This document shows positions 38,715 to 47,914 of a DNA stretch of 64,000 nt, piece after piece. The notes under the pieces were generated by a model. It was not told the origin of the DNA and made no database searches. It saw nothing but the letters and a program-made list of their open reading frames with translations. Position 1 is the stretch's first letter; each line of letters starts with the position of its first letter. The position numbers were made by a program, and so were the translations under genes. This DNA is from a virus (Duplodnaviria; Heunggongvirae; Uroviricota; Caudoviricetes): positions 32,001-96,000 of IMG/VR virus record IMGVR_UViG_3300021387_000529, one strand, 5' to 3'.

Positions 38715-39342
38715 AAAACTTTATTTAAGAATTATTAAAAATGCAAAGTATGAAGAGTCCTTAAACAAAAGGAACAGAAAAAACGGAATTTATTATGAGT
38801 CACATCATATATTGCCAAAGTCTATGTTTCCACTTTGGAAACATAGAAATAGTAATATTGTCTTACTTACTGCACGAGAGCATTTCTTTTGTCATCAGCT
38901 TCTTGTAAAAATTTATGACAACAAAGAAATGAATAATGCTTTATGGTTTATGACAATTTCAAAAAATAAACGTTTAGTTATTTCTTCAAAGGAATACGAA
39001 AAGATTAGAAAGAGCGTATGTTTAAGAGGAAAAAATAATGGATTTTTTGGAAAACACCATACTGAAGAAACATTAAGAAAAAATGCAGAATGGCATCATT
39101 TACATCCAAACTCAAAAGACACTATGGATAAAATCCATAAGAAAAATATTGGCAAGCATAGAACACTTGAACAACGAGAAAGACAGTCTAAAGCTGCCTT
39201 AAAAAGAGATAATACTAAAAATAATGAAAGAATTAAAAAAGTTAAGTTTCTTTATGAAAAATATAAAAATACTGGAGGCAAGCTCGTATGGAACGAGTTC
39301 CAAAAACATTATAAGGAGTTTGAGAATGGTACTTTCAGATGA
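38704..39342 (+). mobile_element. HNH homing endonuclease with NUMOD3-like motif
   Basis: YESHHILPKS...SNIVLLTAREHF.CH.LL; NGFFGKHHTEET. Confidence 0.85.
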
Positions 39343-39796
39343 AATGAAAAATGAGCTTAGAGACGAATATGAGAATTGGAAAAAAGAACAATACGCCGAT
39401 AAAACTATAAAAGAAAGACAAGATTTAGGTGCTTATTTCACACCACCTGAATTGACATTGAAGATGCTCGAAAAGCTTGATATAAAAAAGAATGATACTC
39501 TTTTGGACCCATGCCTTGGAGCTGGTGGGCTTTTAGCTGCTGCTATCATCATGAAAAAAGTGAAGCCTGAAAACTGCTATGGAATTGAATTGGATGCTGA
39601 TATTTTGAAGATTGCACAAAAACGTCTTTCAAAATTAGGCGTGCCTTTAGCAAACTTACATCATGGAAACGCTCTAAATTCACAATGTTATGAGTTCAAA
39701 GATGGTTATAAATATGATGCAGAAAATGACACGGTTACAACTATGCAGTTTTCTAAAAGTTGTTCTAGATTTGGACAATTACGAGCAAGAGGTTAA
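39326..39796 (+). CDS. N6-adenine DNA methyltransferase, SAM-binding (motifs X, I-III) half
   Basis: GAYFTP, LLDPCLGAGGLL, YGIELD, GNAL; no NPPY; AAGGAG RBS. Confidence 0.8.
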   Translation: MVLSDEMKNELRDEYENWKKEQYADKTIKERQDLGAYFTPPELTLKMLEKLDIKKNDTLLDPCLGAGGLLAAAIIMKKVKPENCYGIELDADILKIAQKRLSKLGVPLANLHHGNALNSQCYEFKDGYKYDAENDTVTTMQFSKSCSRFGQLRARG

Positions 39797-39805
39797 TATA
39801 AAAAT

Positions 39806-40180
39806 ATGGGCTTGAAAATTACAAAAAATAAAAATCGTTCAGATTGGCTTCTTGTTGACGCCGACTTCCGTTCACTCCAAATGTGTCTCGCAATGGCAGA
39901 CTGCGGTCTTAATGATAAAGGAATAGACCAGGTCTGCTATGACATTTATGGTCCTGGGGGCAGCAATGACGCTCACAGTGTTACTGGTTTTAATACATTT
40001 ATCTCTCCAATTCATGGTAAAATCATTGAGATTGAAGACTTAGAGACTGGTAAGAAAACAGTTTTCGGACACAAACAGAAGATTGCAATTGAAAGAAAAG
40101 ACTTCACAGGAAAATACAACAAGATTGAAATTCTTGGTGAAGAATTCCGAGAAGATGACAAGTTTGTATCATATGTTTAA
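39806..40180 (+). CDS. polA: DNA polymerase family A fragment (motif A) with C-terminal Hint-like tag
   Basis: WLLVDADFRSLQM corresponds to motif A (ADYSQIEL); DAHSVTG corresponds to DIH..TA. Confidence 0.75.
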   Translation: MGLKITKNKNRSDWLLVDADFRSLQMCLAMADCGLNDKGIDQVCYDIYGPGGSNDAHSVTGFNTFISPIHGKIIEIEDLETGKKTVFGHKQKIAIERKDFTGKYNKIEILGEEFREDDKFVSYV

Positions 40181-40195
40181 CACTAATTAAACATC

Positions 40196-41311
40196 ATGAA
40201 AAATTTAGTTCAAAAACTCGGATATGCAGCTGGTGACTTTGGCTGCAATTTTATCTTTGCAACATTAGCAACTTGGTTTATTCCATTTTGTGTTTCTAAA
40301 GGCTTGTCTGTTTATGAGGCAGGCCTTATTATTTTCATATCTAAATTTATTGATGCGCTTGTAGACTTCTTTCTTGGTTACATCATCGATAAAAGACAAT
40401 ACAGAATTAAAAAATTTATGTTAGTTGGAGCGCCTTTAGTTATCCTGTCACTTTTGGCGCTTCAGCTCTCATCAGACTTCCTTTCTCTTTTTGTTTCATT
40501 TACATTATTAAATTCAATCAGTTACAACATTGTAAATATTCCATACAGCACATTAAACTTACGTATGACAGATGACCCAAACGAAAAAGTGTCATTAAAT
40601 TGCTGGCGTATGTTTGGCTCAATTTCATGCATGATTTTAGTAAATACTGTCACTCCAATCATTGGAAACATGCATATTGTAAATGGAATTTTATTTTTAG
40701 TCTTCACATATTTCTGTGCTCTAACATGTAAAGAAAATTATACTCCACAAGCACGCAGTGATATGGTTATTAAAGAAGTTGTTTGTGCAGTTGGCAGCTC
40801 ACTTTCTTTCTGGATTGCTTCAGTAATTTTCTTTATCATCAATTGTAAGCTTACATTGACATTCATAGACTTTGGACTTCATGGAGAAACAGCAGGCATA
40901 AACACACTTTTATTTATGGGGCCATCTCTTATAATGATGTTCATTCTTCCATCAATCTACAAACGCATTTCTAAAAAGCTGATATTAGCATGCGCATTTA
41001 TGGCATCAACTTTAATTGCTGTTTTGGACTTGACACAATATAAAAGCTGTATTTTGATTGATGGTTTTGCATTCTCAATTATGGCTTCACTTTTATATAA
41101 TCTTTATGCTGATGTTTCAGAACACATTGAATACAGAAATGGCCTTCAAATCCAAGCTTTCTTATTTGCAATGGCAAGTATTCTAACAAATCTCGCAAGC
41201 GGTATAACAGCTCTTACAGCTGAATACATCAGCACTGCTTCAATCTGCATCTTAAGCATTGGAACAATCGCTTCATTTATGAATTACATGCACAGTCTGA
41301 ATAAAAACTAA
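40196..41311 (+). CDS. MFS transporter, glycoside-pentoside-hexuronide (MelB/GPH) family
   Basis: KLGYAAGDFGCN, K..DA..D...G.IID, Y.IVNIPY..L...MT.D..E...L..WR; about 12 TM segments. Confidence 0.85.
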   Translation: MKNLVQKLGYAAGDFGCNFIFATLATWFIPFCVSKGLSVYEAGLIIFISKFIDALVDFFLGYIIDKRQYRIKKFMLVGAPLVILSLLALQLSSDFLSLFVSFTLLNSISYNIVNIPYSTLNLRMTDDPNEKVSLNCWRMFGSISCMILVNTVTPIIGNMHIVNGILFLVFTYFCALTCKENYTPQARSDMVIKEVVCAVGSSLSFWIASVIFFIINCKLTLTFIDFGLHGETAGINTLLFMGPSLIMMFILPSIYKRISKKLILACAFMASTLIAVLDLTQYKSCILIDGFAFSIMASLLYNLYADVSEHIEYRNGLQIQAFLFAMASILTNLASGITALTAEYISTASICILSIGTIASFMNYMHSLNKN

Positions 41312-41321
41312 TTTTCTTATA

Positions 41322-41546
41322 ATGACAGTAGAAGAACGAGTTGAACATCTTAAGTCATCAATCAAGCATAATAAAAAAGTCGCTGATAGAACTCAGCGAC
41401 TTCTTGAAAAAGAAGAATCAGAATTAAAAAAGTTGGAAAAAAAGATTTGTGTCTGTCCAGCTTGCAATAAGACGCAAGAACTCAAATCTTTGAAAGCCAC
41501 TCATATTATTTGTAAATATTGTGGCTACCAAATCACAAAGTCTTAA
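41322..41546 (+). CDS. Small zinc-ribbon protein
   Basis: CPAC...CKYCG. Confidence 0.55.
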   Translation: MTVEERVEHLKSSIKHNKKVADRTQRLLEKEESELKKLEKKICVCPACNKTQELKSLKATHIICKYCGYQITKS

Positions 41547-42304
41547 AACAGTCTTTCAGGCATCTGGTCCTCTGAAACTGTGTCGATATAATTGTCTTTA
41601 AATATCAACAATGCATCTTGTTTTTTAAGTTCACGTTGAACTAAATCTTGCAATGAATGACTGAACCCTTGAGACTCAATATCTTCAGGTAGCTTGTTCG
41701 AGATGAAAATGCATCCTTTGCCAGAGTTTATTCTTTCACGCAAAAATTCATCAATATATCCCAACTGATTTCCAGATGCCCATACATGGATTTTATCTTT
41801 GCTGAATGCTTCATCCAAAATTAAAACATCACAGTTAAGATAGTCTTCAGCTTTTTCTTTTGCTTCTTCATCTCTTTGAGAATTCCACAAAATATCAACC
41901 AAAGTCTTCATAAGAACATACCTGCAATCAATGCCTTTTCGCAATAAGTCTACGCCAATTGCTTGGACAAATGATGTTTTTTGTGTGCCATTGTCTCCAT
42001 AAACATAGATAAATGAAGACATTACTTTTTCCTTATTTGGGCCAATAAAACAATTATCATATGCAAGAAGACGCTCTGTTTCAGCTTTAGACTTTGTGCC
42101 AACATAGTCTGTTTCGAGAGTATATTCTATTGCATCTTTTGAGAAGCCGCGATTTAACGCTTTTCTTTCTAATTCTCTTTCGAGTCTCCAGACTTTGTGG
42201 TGGTGACACTCATTAATAAGTCCTTTTGGTCCAAGGAAATATCCTTCCGGAATAGACGAACCATCTTTTTTCTTACATTTTCTGCAAGGTATAAATTTCT
42301 CCAT
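41543..42304 (-). CDS. DnaC/IstB-like AAA+ ATPase (helicase loader)
   Basis: YVYGDNGTQKTS Walker A-like; CDVLILDE Walker B; FISN; N-terminal Cys cluster. Confidence 0.75.
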   Translation of the reverse strand: MEKFIPCRKCKKKDGSSIPEGYFLGPKGLINECHHHKVWRLERELERKALNRGFSKDAIEYTLETDYVGTKSKAETERLLAYDNCFIGPNKEKVMSSFIYVYGDNGTQKTSFVQAIGVDLLRKGIDCRYVLMKTLVDILWNSQRDEEAKEKAEDYLNCDVLILDEAFSKDKIHVWASGNQLGYIDEFLRERINSGKGCIFISNKLPEDIESQGFSHSLQDLVQRELKKQDALLIFKDNYIDTVSEDQMPERLF

Positions 42305-42846
42305 ATTTTATGTCCTTTTTCATTCTCAAGAAGCTTAAACCATCTTAATTTATAGCCTCTCTTATAAAAGTTTATAAGGTTGGAATAATTTTCATATTTA
42401 TCAACTGCTTTGAGCTTTGCAGAGTCAAACAAACAATATCTTTTTATCAGATTATCATAAACCACAATATCATTTTGAGTTGATATAACTGAATTAAGAT
42501 AATTTCCACAAATAACAGTGCCATCGTTTTGTTCTTTTTCAAGGAAACGCTTTAGAAATTTTTCTGAGTCTTTTATATCTAAAGAACCAACTCTTTCAAA
42601 GTCTTTTGAAAATTCTTCAAATAAAAGAAGATTTCCAAACTTTACAAGTCTACCAATATCAAACACAGGATAATTTGCATCAAAAAGATAATGTTGATTT
42701 CTCCAGATAATTGTAGTTACTTCTTTCCAAAAGTCATCTTGAACAGACATATCTTTTCCTGTATAGCCTTTTAAAATTCTGTCATTTAAGTCTATACGGA
42801 TAATTCTATAGCTATTCTTAATGTCATCATCAAGATTGGTAAACAT
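42169..42846 (-). CDS. Hypothetical protein
   Basis: ORF in the replication operon; its 3' end overlaps the DnaC-like gene. Confidence 0.5.
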   Translation of the reverse strand: MFTNLDDDIKNSYRIIRIDLNDRILKGYTGKDMSVQDDFWKEVTTIIWRNQHYLFDANYPVFDIGRLVKFGNLLLFEEFSKDFERVGSLDIKDSEKFLKRFLEKEQNDGTVICGNYLNSVISTQNDIVVYDNLIKRYCLFDSAKLKAVDKYENYSNLINFYKRGYKLRWFKLLENEKGHKIWRNLYLAENVRKKMVRLFRKDISLDQKDLLMSVTTTKSGDSKEN

Positions 42847-43264
42847 AATTATATATTAATTCCTTGTAATCAACATTCTCATCATAATTGATAGACTTAT
42901 GCTGTGTTATTCTCCACCACCAATACCAGTGCTCATTATGGGAGCTCAAGTCTTCACCTGTCAATGGATTTTGAAAATTATCCATTCGTCTGTGAATAAA
43001 TCTTTGAAGCGTTACAACATTTTTTGGATTGTAAATGACTGTTGAGTCTACAGACGCTGAAATAACATGTGCTGGGTCAAGAGCTTTTTGAGAGCCATCT
43101 TTTAAAAGATAGGCTTCTTTCAATGATATACAAAATTGAAATTGGCAGCGCCCTTTATCCCTTTTTCTGACTTGCTCTTTACATTCAGTCCATTTAGGGT
43201 CTTCAGAAGAGCGTCTGCTAACTGAGACTTTATTTGTTTTCTTGCCGATATTTTCTATTGCCAT
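42830..43264 (-). CDS. HNH endonuclease-like protein
   Basis: W....V.KRD..RCQ...DPAHVI...N.V.L...H. Confidence 0.65.
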   Translation of the reverse strand: MAIENIGKKTNKVSVSRRSSEDPKWTECKEQVRKRDKGRCQFQFCISLKEAYLLKDGSQKALDPAHVISASVDSTVIYNPKNVVTLQRFIHRRMDNFQNPLTGEDLSSHNEHWYWWWRITQHKSINYDENVDYKELIYNYVYQS

Positions 43265-43269
43265 AACAA

Positions 43270-44283
43270 TTAAATAGTCTCAAGGTCTTTTTCGTCAGCT
43301 ATATGAACTGTAATTTTATGTGGAATATATGGAACTCCAAGCTTTCGTTGACTATCAAGAACACCATGGCGAGGAATACATTCTTCAATAAGAGCACAAA
43401 CATCATCATATTTTATCTGATGGTTTGGAAGCATTTCATTCCATTTTTCAAGTTCATCTTTCAATGACATATTCTCAATATTGATTTCTTCACCTTCACG
43501 GAAAATCATTCCAGTGTCAGGGTCAGACTCTTCAATATCAATATGCATTGGAATATCAAAATAAGGCTGACGAGCAAAAGCAGCTATTTCTGTCAAAAAT
43601 GCATAAAAAATATCACGCTCAACTTTGTAAACGTAACATTCGAACGAATCATGCACTGTGTTAAAGACACGTGTGCGTAAACCAAATCGTGTTACAAAAT
43701 TCATAATTGCTGTCACGTCAGGCATTGCCTGATAAACTTCAGCAGTCTGAATTGGAGAGTTTGTTGCATCATTACAGAGGTGAGCAAACTCACTCTTATA
43801 AAGCAAAGCATCAGCCCCAACAACTTCGCCTTCTGCATTTTTCTTCATCCAACGCAATTCAGCAAGATGACGAACTGGTCCTACCCATGAGCGAACATAT
43901 CCATGGACTTTTCCAAATTTCTGTTCACGAGCAGTTCTTTCCAAAAGACATGGATAAATCTTAAAGAAGAGCTCACGAATTTTTGTACCAACGACTGAAT
44001 ATTTTACAGACAATGGGTCAACTTTCTTACCCTTACTTTGGTCAGACAAAATCTTTGCATTTACAGCATTTGCCAAACCAAAGTTATTCATAGCTGTTGT
44101 TACTTTATTTTCATCAAAACCATAACCCTTTAGTTGAACTCCAAGTGAAGGCCCAGAACAACCAAACAAGGCGCCAAAATTGATGCCTTTAGCATCAGCT
44201 CGTGTGCCTTTAAATGGTTTAATTTTCTTGAGCTTCAAGAAGTCATCAAGAGTCATTTCTCTTTCTACAATTTTATATGCCAT
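43270..44283 (-). CDS. polA: DNA polymerase family A, C-terminal fragment (motifs B and C)
   Basis: RADAKGINFGALFG (motif B), GYVRSWVG..R, ATNSPIQ, FNTVHDS (motif C); lacks motif A. Confidence 0.9.
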   Translation of the reverse strand: MAYKIVEREMTLDDFLKLKKIKPFKGTRADAKGINFGALFGCSGPSLGVQLKGYGFDENKVTTAMNNFGLANAVNAKILSDQSKGKKVDPLSVKYSVVGTKIRELFFKIYPCLLERTAREQKFGKVHGYVRSWVGPVRHLAELRWMKKNAEGEVVGADALLYKSEFAHLCNDATNSPIQTAEVYQAMPDVTAIMNFVTRFGLRTRVFNTVHDSFECYVYKVERDIFYAFLTEIAAFARQPYFDIPMHIDIEESDPDTGMIFREGEEINIENMSLKDELEKWNEMLPNHQIKYDDVCALIEECIPRHGVLDSQRKLGVPYIPHKITVHIADEKDLETI

Positions 44284-44294
44284 ATTTTATTAAA

Positions 44295-44672
44295 TTAATT
44301 GAACTTCATTCTCTTACCAAGACGTGCTTCACGCTGCTTTTCAGCTTCTTCTTCAGAAAGAATTGGTGCGCATTCATCAGTTGGAACGTAGTCTTCGCCC
44401 ATATATTCAGTCTCATAGTTTTTCCACTGAGGCTCTTTCATATTCTGAACATACTGGCTCAATTCATAGCAGCCCTGTTTCCAAAGAGCAATCTGCTTTG
44501 CAGCTGACTCAACCATCAAGCGTGAAATGTCAAAATGACAATCTTTATCATGGCGCATCTGTGAAATTCCAGAATCGCGCATAGACTCTCGCAGCATTCT
44601 GACATCATCAAAGTAAGATGATGTGATAACTTTTACTCCATTTTTCTTTGTACGTTTTACATAAACAGACAT
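44295..44672 (-). CDS. Hypothetical protein
   Basis: GAGG RBS; upstream of the polA fragment. Confidence 0.55.
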   Translation of the reverse strand: MSVYVKRTKKNGVKVITSSYFDDVRMLRESMRDSGISQMRHDKDCHFDISRLMVESAAKQIALWKQGCYELSQYVQNMKEPQWKNYETEYMGEDYVPTDECAPILSEEEAEKQREARLGKRMKFN

Positions 44673-44744
44673 AGCTCGTGCCTCTCAATATTGTTATTTT
44701 ATTATAAATATAATATTAATAGCATTGATGGCATCTAAAAATTT

Positions 44745-44819
44745 ACTTACCTGTTTAAATAATCTTTAAAAGGGTAACTAAAAAGTTCCCTATAGATTTT
44801 AAATTATATAATAGTAATA
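44745..44819. repeat. 75-bp dispersed repeat, copy 2
   Basis: Near-identical to 10026-10100. Confidence 0.9.
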
Positions 44820-44925
44820 TGGAGAATTTAAATTATCATAAAATAATATACTAACTAATTTATAATATAAAAATCAACATTACGTTTATATACGAAATCC
44901 AGTGTTGATATGTGGAGACTAGTAA

Positions 44926-46998
44926 ATGGAAAGACTACGTGAGAGCTGGACATTCGGCTCAGGTGATTTCCAGAATAAATGTACTAAGCTTGATGAGTCA
45001 GTTTATACTGCCCATTATAAGATTGTAAAGAAGCTTGATGAAAGCTGTGATACTGCAGCAATCTTAAAAGCAGGACAAAGACTCAAGGAAGCTCTCGGTG
45101 ATGATGATGCTTCTATTAAGCTTTTGGACTCTATTCTTGAAGCACTTAAAACAAATGGCGCTGACAATTCCTTCAAAGTTTGGCGCATTCCTGTCGCTAA
45201 GTATGACCATAAAAATCTAAATGGTCGCATCTACCCTCGACAACTTTGGCAAAATATCCTCGACAACCAGCAAGACACATGGAAAGGTTTGTGTGGACTT
45301 TCAGACCACCCAGAAGGCGATGACCCTGGACTTTTCAGAGACCAAGCTGTTGTATGGCACGATATGGAAATTGGTGATGATGGTGTAGTTTATGGTATTT
45401 GTTCTTTCGTTGGTCCTTTTGGACATCTTGCTCAGGAAATTCTTGAGCATGGTGGAAGAATTGGTACTTCATCATCAGGTTTTGGTGACGTTGACAAATT
45501 TACAAAAATTGTAGACCCAAATACATATCAAGTTGAAAGACTTGCCGACCTCGTTTTGAACCCGTCTCAGGGAACATATGGTTGCTCAGCAGACCCTCAT
45601 GTTTCACCTGAAGATTTTATGAAAGATGTAACTAAACCAGCAGTAATGGATTTTACAGGCAACAAACCTGTAAGAGAGTCAGTAGATAAAAATAATCAAC
45701 CAAGGAGTAAAATACTTATGAAAGCAAATGCAGCAGATACAAACACAAACATTGAAAATGGCGGAGCAACAACAGCAGCTCCAGTAACAAATAAACTTTC
45801 TAAAGTTGAAGAGAAAGCATTTAGACAGTATGTTGAGAAATTTATTGAGTCAGCAAATAACATTGACAATCCTTTGAAGAGATTGAATGAATGTGTTGAC
45901 ATTCTCAGCTGCTTCGAAGAAGGAAATTGTCCAGACCTTAAAGAAAAGGTTGAAGCACAGATTGTAGCTGAAAAAGATAATCTTGAAAAAATCGTTGAGT
46001 CAACAGCAACTATTCAGAATGAATATGGTATGACAGCAGCTGAGTTCAAAGAAGCAGCTGAAAGAAACACAAAACAAGGTATTCTTTTGAATGAGCAGGT
46101 AAAAGACTATAAAGCTCTTGTTGAAGAACTCGGCGAACGCAACAGAGCATTGAAAGAGTCTAACGAAGAGCTCAAGTCTAAAATTGACACACAGACAAAA
46201 ATCACTGAGTCTAAAGTAAAAGAAACAAACAAGTCTGTTGTTGAAGCTCTTACAGAAAATGACGCATTGAAAGAAAAAGTTGCAACACTTACAAAGAAAA
46301 ATGCTCTTCTTATGGAGAGAGTCTCACAGCTCAATCTTTCAAATGACAAGTTTGAAAAAGATAACGGCGTTCTTGAGACAAAATTGAGAGAAGCTGCTCA
46401 GATTATCAAAAATAACAAAAAGCTCAAAGAGTCTGATGAAGCTGACGTACAGAAAATTGCCAAATTGTACAATGATATGAAGACAACTCTTAAAGAAGCT
46501 AATGACAAACGTGAAACTGCTGAAGCTAATTTCAGAACAATTCAGGAAAAGTATTCAACACTTCTCAAAGAATATGCAGATTATAAAGAGCAAGTTAACG
46601 ACATGATGGACCCAACAAAACATGTTATGGAAAACGCTTCTAAGAGAATTGGTGGTTATCTTGGCGCTCTTCGTGAGAATGAAGGTTCTGAGATTGCTGA
46701 GTATATGGAGTCTCTTAAAGAGAAATATGGCGATGTTGTTGAATGCATCCGTGAAGACGTTTTGAAATCTAAGACTTTGAGAGAAGCAACAAATGTATTC
46801 TTGAAAAACCGCAACAAGATTTTCAAAGAGTTTGAAGGTACAACACCTGTAAACCAGGTTTGGCGTAATGAAGCTGATAGAGACAGACTTTATGAGCAAG
46901 CTGGTATGCTCAATCCAAAAGAGTCTTATAAAAATGCTTCAATTGATGAAAAGAACAGCGCATTCAGAGCTCAGCTCGATGCACAGGGACTTCTTTAA
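44926..46998 (+). CDS. Prohead protease (T4 gp21/S77-like) fused to a coiled-coil scaffold
   Basis: N.NGRIYP, DHP, GTSSSGFG, DLV.NPS; long coiled coil with many L-x-E sites. Confidence 0.85.
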   Translation: MERLRESWTFGSGDFQNKCTKLDESVYTAHYKIVKKLDESCDTAAILKAGQRLKEALGDDDASIKLLDSILEALKTNGADNSFKVWRIPVAKYDHKNLNGRIYPRQLWQNILDNQQDTWKGLCGLSDHPEGDDPGLFRDQAVVWHDMEIGDDGVVYGICSFVGPFGHLAQEILEHGGRIGTSSSGFGDVDKFTKIVDPNTYQVERLADLVLNPSQGTYGCSADPHVSPEDFMKDVTKPAVMDFTGNKPVRESVDKNNQPRSKILMKANAADTNTNIENGGATTAAPVTNKLSKVEEKAFRQYVEKFIESANNIDNPLKRLNECVDILSCFEEGNCPDLKEKVEAQIVAEKDNLEKIVESTATIQNEYGMTAAEFKEAAERNTKQGILLNEQVKDYKALVEELGERNRALKESNEELKSKIDTQTKITESKVKETNKSVVEALTENDALKEKVATLTKKNALLMERVSQLNLSNDKFEKDNGVLETKLREAAQIIKNNKKLKESDEADVQKIAKLYNDMKTTLKEANDKRETAEANFRTIQEKYSTLLKEYADYKEQVNDMMDPTKHVMENASKRIGGYLGALRENEGSEIAEYMESLKEKYGDVVECIREDVLKSKTLREATNVFLKNRNKIFKEFEGTTPVNQVWRNEADRDRLYEQAGMLNPKESYKNASIDEKNSAFRAQLDAQGLL

Positions 46999-47067
46999 TA
47001 TAAGACAAATGCGTGTGCCTCACACTACAAAATGTGAGGCTCTTTAATCAATAATGGAGAATATAAG

Positions 47068-47871
47068 ATGAGATTGAATTTTGAAAACCAGAAGTTGAAT
47101 GAAGCTATCGGAGCTGATAAACTTTCTGCAGATATTACAAAAGCTCAAACAGAGCTTGAAAGAGCAATGGATGCTGTAACAAAAGCTGCAGCAGTTATGT
47201 ATGACATCATCGTTGATGCAACAGCTATTGGTGGTAAAGTCAAAGAGGTTGTTCCATCACATGTTGAGCAGTCTATTTCGAAGTTGACTGACATTGTAAA
47301 AAATCAGATGGCAGCAATGCTTGATGGTGACAGCCAAGGTTCTTTGAAAGCTTTGGATGAGCTTGTTGGTAATATGCCATCACGCGAATTCCGTGCTAAG
47401 ACTAATGAAGAAGAAATTGCTGAAATTTCTATGAAGCCAAATTTGGCAAATGGCCCACAGTCATCAGTTCTTGGTGGTGGTGCATCTCAACAGCAGCCAA
47501 TGCAGGAAAATGTAGTTCTTGATATGGCAACATTGCGTGAGTCGCTTGGTGGCGATGACTATGATGACATCGTGACTGGAAATGATGACCCATTCGCTGA
47601 GCTGAATGCTGGTCTTGCAAATGGCGGTGATGGTTATGTTTCACCAATTGAAAAAATGGATTTCGTTGAAAGAGGTGATCATCTCGTCGATGACTCTTTG
47701 ATTGCTGATGAGCCTGATGACGGTGAATTAAGCTTTGACAATATCAATATTCCAAAATCTGATGGTTTGGTATATGATGCGCTTAGTGATGACATCGGCG
47801 GAAGTGAAGATATGATGAGTGAGTTTGCAAATGCGCCAGTAACGCCTGATGAATTTGAAGGCCAGATTTAA
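47068..47871 (+). CDS. Putative prohead core/scaffold protein
   Basis: Adjacent to the protease; LNEA/LRES sites; acidic C-terminus. Confidence 0.5.
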   Translation: MRLNFENQKLNEAIGADKLSADITKAQTELERAMDAVTKAAAVMYDIIVDATAIGGKVKEVVPSHVEQSISKLTDIVKNQMAAMLDGDSQGSLKALDELVGNMPSREFRAKTNEEEIAEISMKPNLANGPQSSVLGGGASQQQPMQENVVLDMATLRESLGGDDYDDIVTGNDDPFAELNAGLANGGDGYVSPIEKMDFVERGDHLVDDSLIADEPDDGELSFDNINIPKSDGLVYDALSDDIGGSEDMMSEFANAPVTPDEFEGQI

Positions 47872-47883
47872 TAATAAAAAATA

Positions 47884-47910
47884 AAACCCTCTCTTTCGAG
47901 AGGGTTTTTT
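47884..47910. terminator. Bidirectional rho-independent terminator
   Basis: aaaaccctctc-tttc-gagagggtttt between convergent genes. Confidence 0.85.
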
Positions 47911-47914
47911 AATT

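Noticed and set aside
40016-40180. Functional canonical split intein in polA
   Set aside because: No block-A Cys/Ser start, no TxxH, and no terminal His-Asn + nucleophile on the partner fragment. Kept only as a degenerate tag.
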